A stretch of 60,813 bases of DNA, filler included, from Trichosphaerium sp. ATCC 40318 (Eukaryota; Protista; Tubulinea): the NCBI GenBank assembly GCA_038496445.1. It is 3 parts of 3 records of this genome, joined end to end, with 100 filler letters (N's around TTAATTAATTAA, not from the genome) between each part and the next. Parts side by side here need not be neighbours in the genome. Positions count along the whole stretch, not along the records: positions 47,000 to 60,813 come from JALMLS010000462.1; 2 more parts are not named here. One strand, given 5' to 3'. The position numbers and the translations under genes are program-made. Positions 49,626 to 60,813 of this stretch are shown in pieces (position 1 is the first letter of the stretch; every line of letters begins with the position of its first letter). Below the pieces are notes generated by a model. That model was given only the letters and a program-made list of their open reading frames with translations. It was not told the origin of the DNA and did no database searches.

Positions 49626-51682
49626 TTACAAGAATACTTTGCGTGTCTGTTTAATTGGACCTCTGCAAATAGGACAAGAGTTGTATACTTTAGAATTTGG
49701 ATCGCTTGTATTGTGGTTAATATACTTATTCAAACATTCCTCACATAGAGCCATATGGCAACAAGGTTCAATCAAAATACAAGCGGTTTTGTCATAGCAT
49801 ATTTTACACGTGAGTTGTTGTGAATCCTAAAAATAGCCTTAACAACAAAACCGAAAAAAAATCTGTACCTTCGCAGAGTCGTTCCTTGTTGATCCCATAG
49901 AGGTATCGACTTGATTATCAGATTCCTTTACATTGATATCTTCGTTTTTATGGTCTGGTACAACGTCATTGTTGGTCTTAGAGTCAGAGTTATCACTAAA
50001 TTACATGTTAAATCCATGGTGGTCAAAAATAAAAAAGTTTTTACTCGGATAGAACTTCAACAGCTTCACCCTTATCGTCAAAATCTTCTTCTGTATTTAT
50101 ATTCTTTGGATAGAATGGGTGGCTTTTTGGGTCTTTGTTTTGTGCTTCAGTTTCTGATTTATATTCTCTACACCAACATCAGCAAGCTTGACGTATCGTA
50201 CACAGCGGTATGTTGAGCTGTTCGTACTTTAGTTCGGTTCCAAGTGCTATAAGGTACTTGAAAAGATCCTTCAGTTGTTGTTTAAACGTGCAAAGAAGTA
50301 CTCTATAAGTTATAAAACCAAAGATAGCAAGAGCTATCAGCACAATATAACCACCGCCTATTACATAAATCGTTAACATAAAAATAAGAAAAAAATAAGA
50401 AATTAATGATTACCAATAAACCACTTGATAGATAGCAAAGGTAAGCTTAAATACCATATTTTGGCTACGAATGGGTATTTCTAATATATGTCGTAAATAT
50501 CACAATAATAAAAAAACGTGAGGAGTCGCACAGCACTGAGCATTTCGACTTTTCCAAAAACCAAGTTATTCAGAAACCAAATATATCGCAGAGTATAAAT
50601 GACATTATTGATAAGCACTACAACCTTATTCTGTTCTGGATTAGCTGAAAAGCATTTCATTAGGGCGATTAGCCTAAAAATATTATTACTACATTTATAC
50701 AAATGTACGTACAATTCACTAAGAACCCAAGGAATGACTGTGATAATGTTAGGAGAATTGAACTTTTTTTTGCATGTAGCTTACCGGCAGAAAAAGGATG
50801 ATGACGGAGTCCCATAAACAAAATAAACACAGGTATGTCACCGCACAAGTTAGGAAGTATATTGAAGAGAGTATACCGATCAGAGCGATAGTAAATATGA
50901 TTACACTTAGAGCAACAAAAGTATCAATAATTGTAATCGTCAGAAAACTGAAATTGTGATTCCCACTTACTCGATAAACAAATCCGCCTAAGATTAAATT
51001 GACGTAACTATACCATAGAAGCTACATGATGTTAGTTAGGGTTTTAAGGTTCTCCAAAAAAAAATGGTACCGTCGTAGTACTGTCTGCATCTTCTTTTTG
51101 ATTCTCATACCCAAAATAGTAATAAAAATAGAAGCTAGTCACTTGGAAGCAATAATAGAATAATATTGTGCCGTAAACCATCCTGATATATTTTTCTGGA
51201 AATAACACTTCAATAAAACTCCAAAAAAAAACACGTGCGTGCTCTCAAAAAAGCAAAAAAAAAAAAAAAAAACAAAGAAATTTTATGTTTACCTATACCA
51301 ACCAGTAGCGCCACCACAGCATTAAATTTCTCTTTAGAGTTTATCAACAGCCTAAATAACGTGAATTTAATTCAACTATAAAATAAAATTTGACACGTGG
51401 TCGTGTATACCATTGAATTACCGTACAACAAACTACAAAGGGGATAAAAGTGGTGTAACTAAGAAATAACCATTCACTTGTGTATATAGGCCCATCAGAC
51501 GTTATATAAGGTGCGTATATGAGTCCAAAGCGTAACAACAGGACTAATAGAGGAAATAATGATACCAGTGATCTACCCCAAGGTGTAACGCGATCAAAGA
51601 AGTCATACCATTCCTTGATTAGTGGTGGAGTATTGGGACCGTTTGGAGGTAAACTTTCAAGTTGACTTGCTTCGGTTGTCAT
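49626..51682 (-). CDS. Multi-pass membrane protein with C-terminal C3HC4 RING finger (putative E3 ligase)
   Basis: Several hydrophobic exons; terminal CKICYD...PCCHMALCEEC...CPICRGPI. Confidence 0.88.
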
Positions 51683-52035
51683 TAAGAAGTTGTTTGTTTA
51701 CTGTGTTTGCTTAACATGTTCGTTCCTTGAGGAACTGTTTTGCTAAGATAGACCAACTTGCACTTAGCTAACTAGTATCCATGTTATGTGAGTTGCCATG
51801 TAATGACAGCCACTAGTGACCGACCATTCTAACCTGCACGACATCTTATCATGCTGGTTTTCTCCCCGCACACTCAATTTCCGAGGAATTATTGTAAGAA
51901 CGTGTTATTTTGTATTTATTGTCGCACTGGAAGCTAATGGGAATAAAAAAACATTGAAACTTGATCAAAAACCAGGATTGAAAAGTCTAAAAAGCTAGTG
52001 TGAGCTCTAAAAACAACAACGTAGAAATAAAAGCA

Positions 52036-52984
52036 CTAATATTCAACTAGGCTGTTTTTTATTTTGTTTTGTTGATGTTCCCATTTTTGTACTTGTTCTT
52101 CGAGTTCCTTCTGTGACATCAAATTAAGTTTATTCCATGCTATTGTGTATCCCATCTCAGCACCTGCTTCAAAGCCCCAGCCTGTACTTAAATATAAATC
52201 CACACCGGTATACGGATATATATAATATCGACCACCAAAACCAACTACAAAGTCTGACTCAAGCCTTGCGGAAATGAACATTCCTATTTTTTTTCTTTGT
52301 TAGTAGTGTATCAATAAACGTCATCAAACTTACCATCTAAATCTTCGGGCTTACATATAATACCAATTCCCAGTTGTAGTTCTGCAATCATTGTGAATCC
52401 TACACCTAAACATGGGTGAGCACAAGCGAGAAAAGTACAAAATAACATACCAATAGAAGGTGTAAAATAACATCCTGCTTGCTTATTGCTTACTGCAGTT
52501 GATGCTATTCCTGAACCATGAAAGTAAACGCCTCCTGTTAAACCAGTAGATACAACAATAGAAGCTTTATCTAGAAAACCAGGCAAGCTATGTCTAAAAT
52601 AAAATTAGACTAACCTCTTCATCTGGTTTCTGTTCTTACCTGATAACATTTGCAATTTTATTTACCATCATTGCTTGAACAATACAAGCTTTTCCACGCA
52701 TGTGTGAGTAATCAATGCGCTTATACATTGCTGTTAGCATACTTGTAAGATTATCTATATACCAATAGTGAGCAATCTAAAATAGATAACAGAGCATCGC
52801 AAACACAAAGTTTTCACTTCGAAATTCTCTGCTTTAACTATTGCGTACCAAGCCTGTGCCCGCAAACTGTGAAGGTCGAGTGGCCTGTCTCTCCTTTTGC
52901 ATCGATATTTAGTGTGCCTCCCACAACTGGGATAAAACAGTGCATAACAGCGACATAGCAAAGCGCAAATACGAAAATCTTCAT
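52036..52984 (-). CDS. Secreted glycine-rich beta-strand protein with short C-terminal coiled coil (copy 1)
   Basis: Signal peptide MKIFVFALCYVAVMHCFIPVVGG; spliced VVSTGLTGGVYFHGSG...PEDLDGMFISARLESDFVVGFGGRYYIYPYTGVDLYLSTGWGFEAGAEMGYT. Confidence 0.75.
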
Positions 52985-53757
52985 TTCAATGTAGCTGAGT
53001 AATACTGGTTAGTATTCATTATTGGTACTTACGACGCAATTACAAATCCATACCTGTACGTCTCGAGTGTATTGTATTGTATTAAAAAGGGTAAAGGTAG
53101 TATAACGTCAAGTCCATTCTCCGTAAGTCGTTGACAGCTCGTACATATGTCACGTTGGCGATAGGCACCGTTTGCGTGTACTAGCTTGAATGCAAATTCC
53201 GACAACACAACTGTTTCCTTTTTAGGAGAAAAAGTCAATTAGAACATTAAAGTCTATCGAAATGAGTGTTGTAGCAATGCATAAGATCAAAATAACCCAG
53301 TAAAGGTTGACGTTGTATGATGTGTTGATTTTCTAGCCTTACTCAAGATAGACTATATCATATTCTGAACTTGCTTAAAAAGGTATTACCAGACAACATC
53401 ACGAACTCCGAAATTTGTATACCAACCGCAAACAACTTGCATGAGGCAGGTGTGATTTTAAGTCAGTACAAGTGTTTCAAACCACGGTGCATATTCTATA
53501 AAAAACGCACTACTCATCGTGATTGCAGCGTACAAGCACGCCTTTGAGATGTTCCTACTATATTTAGCAATAATACAATAGAATTGTAGGCCATCGCGTC
53601 AGTTTAGTTTACGGAGGACTTTAGTATTAGGTTGACAAAAGCTGCACAGTAGCACACAACATACTGCGATTGTCTTATGGACATTTGACAGCATCAAAAG
53701 AGTAGTTTTATTTTAAAAGTTAGAGAGGAAGTAGCTTGACAACAGTTTTTCGTTTGA

Positions 53758-56004
53758 TTATTTGGTGTGGGTTTGCTTCTCGAGGAACCTTTGCTGTTTC
53801 TCAGTAAGCGTTAAATTGTTGATAGTGCCTAGAGGTACAAGATGCTTTAGCATTTCAAATTTCATACTGTCGTAGTCACAATTGAGAGCTGCATTAAAGC
53901 ATCTTGACCAATTACGCATAATCGGTTCCCATATCCTGTGAAGCGTTGCAAGCCTATTAGAAGAATCTCTGAAAACCCAGTTGTTATAAGCCTTGTCTAT
54001 GTTGTGCTTTGTTGTTGCACTTGAATCCATGTATGCTATAACAGCAACAAAAGAACACAAGTCGTCTTGTATGGTGTAGACATGACTTGATTGAATGGTT
54101 ACTTCTGCAGTGTACAAATGTGGTGTAAACTTCCATCCCTCACGGATTTCCATCTTAACATCATCTGAAATGTGACAGGCGGTTCCCCAACTGCTTAAAA
54201 CATAGCCGGAACTGTTCATCATGATAGCTGTGTCTGTAATATTCCTACAAGCGTAATATTAGCGCTCAATACAGCAACAACTTTAACAAAGTACCTGTGG
54301 ATTATTCCCTTTTTATGCACACTACAAAGAGTGTCTATCAACTCTATGGATTGTCCAAAGTCGAACCCTGTTTCAGGCGGTTTAGTTAGATATTCTATTG
54401 TTATATCCAAACCATCTTGTTGCTTCTACAAGAAAAAATAAGATGTCAATTGTGTATAACTTTAAGTATGTGCAAACGTACCAAATTGGTAACACCAGCG
54501 ATACCATCCAAGGTACGAAGTATATTTCTTTCGTCAGAACAATTTGATTTGCCATCTGTTGGTTCTTTGTAGGCAATAAGATTCGGCTCTGTACTAGTGC
54601 CGAGTTGAACCTTGTAAACTGTTGAACTATACCCGACACCCAGTACTTCTAAAGGAGTATAGTTGTTACCCTGAATTGTAACTACTTTTGGCGTATAGCC
54701 AAGATCCTTTGGTGTACTGCTAAGCAAAGAGAATAAATGCTTTAATCCCTTCTCCGCAGCATGAGTAGCATGAAGAAGGTTATAGATCCTTGAGAGAAAG
54801 CCTAACGGTTCACCCTTAGGTTTTTGAGCATCTGATGTTAAGGTGCTAGCCTTTAACAGATCTAATACGTTGGAAGCGTAATATGTGTATACAGGTTCTG
54901 GAAAGTTGTTCTCAATTCCCATTTCGAAGAACCGAATTTTCTTCAAATTTTGTAGAATACCAAACGCCTTTGTACGCTGAGGTTGTGCTTGCATTATCTC
55001 GTGCATTTCTCTCCAAACTCTACCTTCTTCATCTGCTGTGAAGCCATTTTCTAAACAAACCAGTTAGTAAATCATAACAAGAACTTGTCGTGTTCACGTA
55101 CTCTCATCTTCAAGGAGCTTCCAACATAGCACTTGGTGGTACTTTGTAACATGACCTTTTGCTCCAGGGAGAGTACCCTTAGGCAGATGCGGAAATACTT
55201 GAATATCAGAGCTTACTCTTTGCGGTGTTACTAAAACACTGAGAGTGCTACTAATGTTATGGCAAGAATCAGTCTTTGCAGTAGAGAGTGATCGCTGGAT
55301 GTCAAGCATTGTTTTTGAAAAATCTTTCTCGTCTTTTTGAAGATTTGAGACCAGCATTAATCCTTAAGATGATGATAAGTCTATCACGTGCTTAAATTGT
55401 ACTTTTTTGAACATACCGCCTACGTTCACTTGTTCAAAGCGGTTATCTTGCTTTTTCTTGTCTTTCATTTCCTTTAAGAACATATGAGCGGCATCCTTTA
55501 GGTCTTTATAGTATAAGCATTAGCAGAAAAATATAAGAAAAGAACAACCGTACCTATTTTTACTTTTTGACCTAAAGACAACTGTCTAAACTGACGTTGT
55601 AGTTCTATATACACTTTACTGGTGTCATTTTTATCTGCTCTAGCTCGTTTGCTTCTTTGATCACGTTGAATTGTTGTTAAATTGCCATCTTGGTTTGTGT
55701 CTCTTTCTTCTTTTTCGTCTCTTGGACGCTTGCGAGCTTCACGTTCTTTCCGTTCAACACCAATAAAAGTGACAACATGGTCTGCTAACAATGCAAGTTT
55801 ATCACCATCAAAATCATTAGCTGTGAGTAGGTAAGCAAACTAATATCCAAGCTATATTTCAGGCATACCTGCATCTATTATTAATTAAACCAATGCTCTC
55901 TCAGCAATAGGCTCATCACCAGTAGGGATTTTGTTAAGCTTGGCTATAATTTCGAGATTCTTTATTGATAAACACTTGATGAGCTCTTTTTGGCACTTGT
56001 CCAT
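53758..56004 (-). CDS. HeH + REase-like + pseudokinase (CR-effector/FunK1-like); in-frame TAA in first exon
   Basis: IMQAQPQRTKAFGILQN, LGVGYSSTVY, IAYKE and ERNIL are present. The catalytic loop is HRNITDTA and the DFG position is SWG. TAA at 55885-55887. Confidence 0.75.
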
Positions 56005-57520
56005 TTGCTGCACAAACCGTTAGCAAAACAAGAAATACAAATAAACTGACAAATCAAAGTAAAGGTTCAGACAATCTTGTATTGCAAAGTTCACGTTGGT
56101 AATAGCAAAAGGCCTACACTATCATCTCCAATACAGAAAAGCTAACGTACAATTTGAAGAGTTCTAGTGCAATATGGTAGTAGTTTGGCGGAGTGATAAC
56201 CTTGCTTGTAGGTTTATCTATGGACGAGCTGTTGTGAAGCTGTTACAGTGGTAAATAATAGGACTCAAGTATGCGTTTGGTAGTCAAAAACACTGCTGTT
56301 TCTTGGAATTAATACGGAGCTTTGCTCTAGTGTACCTCAACCCTAGAAGCCAGTACAAAGTTTACCAGTGACACCCAAATTAGGTACCAAAAACTGCATC
56401 TATAAGTGCGTCACGGAGTTCTAAATTAGGTTCGTGTGCCCATCTTAATCTTAAATGAGCGTATTTTCCCACAAGATGTATTGGCCTTTTTTAAGTAAGG
56501 TCAGAACATGAACTAAAGTGCCATCTTGTTAATGCTTATGTCGAACTTAAACATTCTGAAAGAATACTTTTTTGTGGAAAACTATGTAGTTTGTTGTTTG
56601 TGCTTGAGTTCAAAAAGCAAGCGGCATGATACACATCAACTTCACGCTCTCAGCATCTTTACCTGCGGAACCAGTTTGTGGTATATGGGTCCTATTTAAG
56701 CATCACAGCCAAAAGCAGTGCCCATTTAAGAACTCCGAGGTACCGGGTTCCAGTCGAGATTGTTTAGGTATAGGAATAGCTTGATACATTCCGCTGTTAC
56801 TTATCAACATTAACTTTTTTCGATAATACTCGAGCCACTTTCGATTGTGTCACAAAAAATACAACATAACTTGTAATACGTGTGTAAACGCAAGATAGAG
56901 CGTCATGACTCATATTCTGGCCTTACTTGAAAAAGGATTACTAGTAAATCATCACGCACTACTAACCGAGCTAGTTTGTACGTGAAAATCATCTTGGGAT
57001 GGTGTGTTGTTAACGTAGGCTTCACATAAAAAAATTATTCCTATTTAGGTATCGTAGTCACATCAAAAATGGAGATCTTGAGTGCAAACGTATAGAACAT
57101 GAATGGGTAATGTAGAAAAAACCAATTTAAGAAACTTAGCCATCAGAAGTCATCCAAAGTTTAAAAAAGCGCGCAAACCAGCTCTGGTTACTATTAGTGA
57201 GTCTACACAAAGAATATAAGTACTTCAACAGGTACTTTGTAGCTCTCAATCAGAGTAGTTTTATTTTGCCTCTTTGACCACTTGGGTACGCTCAAACAAC
57301 TTTTTCTGGTGCCGTGCGTGTATTATAGTGCGAAACAGCAAAGTAGAAAATGAAAACGTTCTAGCTCGTTTCATATTCACTTATTTTGTTCGCATAGCCT
57401 TTAAAACGCGTGGTAATCCACGAAAAGCTATTCTAATTTGCCGAGCAAGAAAACAGTTCCTCCTTCAAACAGCCAGCGGTTTTGTTTCACAAGCCCACTG
57501 ACACTTTACCGCAGCACAAT

Positions 57521-60013
57521 ATGACAACGGACTTATTAAAAAAGAGTCAATTCCATAAATTCAACATCAAAGAACTTACGGCCATTGCAACTCAATGCAA
57601 TGTTAGTATCACAAAAGGTTTGCGAAAGACAGCACTTATAGATTTGGTATTTAACGCTTGTGGAAATCAGCAAGTTCGTTCAAAGACATTTAACACCTGC
57701 TAAGTGGTTGATGTAGGACACTGTGAGAGCAGCGTTGACAAAGAAACAACTGCAAAAGTTCTCCATCAACGAGCTCTCAGCCATGGCAACACAGTGTAAT
57801 ATCACTGTTGTAACCAAAGGTTTGCGTAAGGTAGCGATCATCAATATGGTGTTTGATGCTTGTAACAAAGAGACCACTGGTACTCAATAACAGCAAAATA
57901 CACTTTATTGATTTGGTTTTATTATAGCAGAAAGTATAGACACAGTGCCCCAAGCTGCTCCAAAAGAAGACCAATCAGAAGAAGAAAACATGTCTAGTAA
58001 GAACGACTTCTTTGATCTTATTATTGCCGGCGTGAAAAAAGACATGAGGGAGGAAGTAATAAACGAAGTAAGAGAAGAAAATAGAGAGGCGTTAAACTGT
58101 CTTAAAAGAAGACTGCGTCGTTCTGAAGAAGAAACTGACTATGAATACAAACGCCACAGAGCAATGCAAAACAAAAACAACCGACTGTACTTAGAATTAA
58201 TATATTCATTTAGAGATGCATCCTTGAGCCAGAGGACGATGCAAGGTATCTCCGTTTTCTTTCCAATGAGGCGTTTTTTTTCTAATTTTTTTCGTAAGGG
58301 TATCCTGCCATTGCACATTCCATTGCTGAGAAAACAGAATATCAACACTCATTTTGTCATCCTGAAACGTCTAAGCAATACATTGAATCATGTCAAACAT
58401 TTCAATCGATGATGTTAAAGCTCAAATCATGTTCGCTTGACAAATACACTGCTGACTTCGCATCATTTTTATCACGTGATGATATTTGTCCAAATATTCG
58501 TGCAGACGTCGTTCCAGATGCTAAATCATTTCTTCCAAATCGTTTTCGAATCATACCACAACTCAAAACGATTCGTGAAAGAGATTGTACATTGTATCAT
58601 CACGTGTTAACTTGGGACATATTAGAAGGCAACGGTATGTACTTGGCTTGTGCTTGACTTTATCTTGGTTTTATTTGTTGCTTATTTTGTGTTATTAGCT
58701 TCATTCACCGCACATGATAAAGGCATGATATGGAGTGACATGAACAGAATCCTTAAAGCCCAACCTCGCCGCGAATTTGTGTATGGAATACTTCAAAATT
58801 ATCAGAAAATTCAATTTTTCAAGATTACCAAAGCAGGCGTTCTTGTATCCGAAACTACGCATCACGCAACATATGAAATGGATTTACTTGATTCAAATGC
58901 TCCAGGTGAAGGTCTAAAGCATTTGGTAAGTTTGCTACATTACAAGCTTGGCGATCTTGGATATATTTCAAAAGTATTTACAATCAATGGGTTTGAGTAT
59001 GTACCACGAAAAGCACTTGGTATAGGTGCTCATGGAACAGTGTACATGATGTACTTATCCAAAAGTGATCCTCCAAAGTATGTTGCGTTCAAGGATTACA
59101 TAGAAAATATGGATGATCCAATAAAGCCAAAAATGGATCGAGAAATGCGAATATTAGATCTTCTCAAAAATGTTCCTGGTGTTCCAAAAGTTGTACGTTT
59201 ATCAACATGTCACACTTGATCAACGCTTCTGTTTTTTGAAATATTTTTAATACTTCTCAAGTCTTAATGCCTTGACAGGTTGGCGTAGATCCAGGTGTAG
59301 GATTTGCAATGAATTGTATTTGTCAAAGCTACAGAGACGCTCCGTTTGATCATGTGTTGCTAGCAAAACAAATAATTGGAACTCTTGAGCTTGTTCATAG
59401 TAAAGGTGTTGTTCACAGGTAACTACTTACTTGCCTATTAATTCTACAAACTACTTATTATTCTTCCTCTAGAGATATTTCCGCTTCAAATATCATGCTG
59501 CTACCACCAGCTTACAAAGAAGACATAACAAGATACATGCTGATTGATTGGGGAGCCTCCACGACAGATACTACGCCAATAGGTATAAGTGGTGGTCTCA
59601 AATTCGCTCCACAATTGTACGAAGAGTGGATTGACGAATATCCAAAAAAGAAACATGCCTATACACCAAAGGATGACTTGTACTCATTCATTTTCGTGAT
59701 GGCATACTTTTATATAACAAAGAATGACAGGGATAGAGTTGATACAGCATACCAGCATTTCGTAGAGGCCCATTTTAAAGCAGATGAGCTTTTAAAAAGA
59801 GCACGTGCTAAGATACTTACAGAAGCGTGGGCGTCAGTGCTACCTCTCAATTGGAGACGTTGTTTGCAACGAGCAGATGCCATAGACTACAAAGGTGTTT
59901 TAAATGAAATCCTCAATTGTATTTCGAGTACCACAGATCAATGTTGTACAAAATGTAGAAATTTTCCTTCTTTATGTGCATGCAATGGTGTATATAACCT
60001 AAGCAGAGAATAA
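57521..60013 (+). CDS. 2x HeH (Rho_N/SAP-like) + coiled coil + REase-like + Ser/Thr kinase (CR-effector/FunK1-like)
   Basis: KFNIKELTAIATQCNVSITKGLRKTALIDLV occurs twice. Then ILKAQPRREFVYGILQN, LGIGAHGTVY, VAFKD, EMRIL, spliced HRDISASNIM, LIDWG and YTPKDDLYSF. Confidence 0.88.
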
Positions 60014-60387
60014 AAACTATTGTAAATCAGATTTTCTAGTCCACTGTGCAAGATACAAACACCGGGTTGTTCTGCCTAAAAGTGAAGTACAAATAAAGCT
60101 TCTACGCTCCAGATGCTTATTAGAACCAAAACAGGTGTTGTAGTGTAGATAGTTGTTTGCAACATTATACAAGAAAGATACATAAATCAATTTCTGTAGT
60201 GTTTCAGCTGAATTACTACCTGAATCGCAATAACCTTGTAAGTCTTCAACAATATTGTCACTTTTTACCGTGCAATTGATGTAGTGATATAAAACAAATC
60301 AAGGCCCTGAAAGACTACTCAAAACAAACAATTTTTTAGACGGCTTAAAGCGGGCAAATACATTAAAACAATACGCCAAGCTTGCGC

Positions 60388-60813
60388 TCACTTAAAAGGC
60401 CATATGGATCTGCGCTTTTCTTCTTCCTTTTTCTTTGCTTGTTCCTCTTTCCTTGCTTCTTCTTCTTCTTTCCTTGCTTCTTCTTCATATTCCTTTAGTA
60501 TGCTCTCCTTATACAGTCTATTCTTTCTTTTTACTTCGTTATGTTCTTTTTTTGATGTCAATTTTAGTTTCTTCCATGCTATCGTGTATCCCACCTCACT
60601 GCCGAGTTCAAAACCCAGCCCTGTACTTAAATATAACTCTACACCGGTATATGGATATATATAATATCGACCACCAAAACCAACTGCAAAGTTCGATTCA
60701 AGCCTTGCAGACATAAACATTCCTATTTTTTTCTTCGTTAGTGTATCAATAAGTGTCATCAAACTTACCTTCTAAATCTTTAGCTTTACATATAATACCG
60801 ATTCCTAGTTGTA
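60388..60813 (-). CDS. Glycine-rich beta-strand protein, copy 2 (3' part only), with longer E/K-rich tail
   Basis: Closely similar in DNA to ~52130-52378, including the intron; tail EEEARKEEEEARKEEQAKKKEEEKRR. Confidence 0.8.

Noticed and set aside
55885-55887. Stop-codon reassignment (TAA as sense)
   Set aside because: TAA, TAG and TGA all terminate conserved genes here (GST and COG2 TAA; EEP TAG; TOPLESS-like TGA); isolated internal stops are better explained by mutation or error.
56100-57480. Hidden gene between the kinase pair
   Set aside because: One exon-like stretch near 56654-56767, but no supportable model.

Overview
Gene-dense, intron-rich eukaryotic (protist) DNA. It consists of three contigs joined by artificial 100-bp spacers (44 N + TTAATTAATTAA + 44 N at 24474-24573 and 46900-46999). 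Gene content (WASP-like, TOPLESS-like, Dictyostelium-type expansin-like proteins, SPO11-2 type) best fits a non-dictyostelid amoebozoan; this is inference. Contig 1 carries RtcB, an F-box-like/MORN_2 protein, a degenerate-looking WASP, a secreted Cys-repeat protein, a GH2 beta-galactosidase, an EF-hand fusion, two tandem membrane-anchored expansin-like paralogues and a myosin. Contig 2 carries a sphingomyelinase-like EEP enzyme, a mu-type GST, a type I membrane protein, then a ~7.5-kb CpG-depleted transposon nest, followed by COG2, TOPLESS-like, a repeat+RAP-like nuclease and SPO11. In the nest, a dead L1/Tx1-like LINE and a hAT relic are interrupted by short CAG..CTG elements with 2-bp TSDs; removing them restores the host reading frames. 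Contig 3 carries a hAT-type MITE, a second F-box/MORN gene and a TM-RING E3. It ends with the most striking locus: a head-to-head pair of HeH + REase-like + kinase (Crinkler/CR-effector-like) genes, one an intact kinase and one a pseudokinase, flanked on both sides by paralogous glycine-rich beta-strand proteins (the complete copy is secreted). All gene models were spliced by eye, so boundaries are approximate unless stated.
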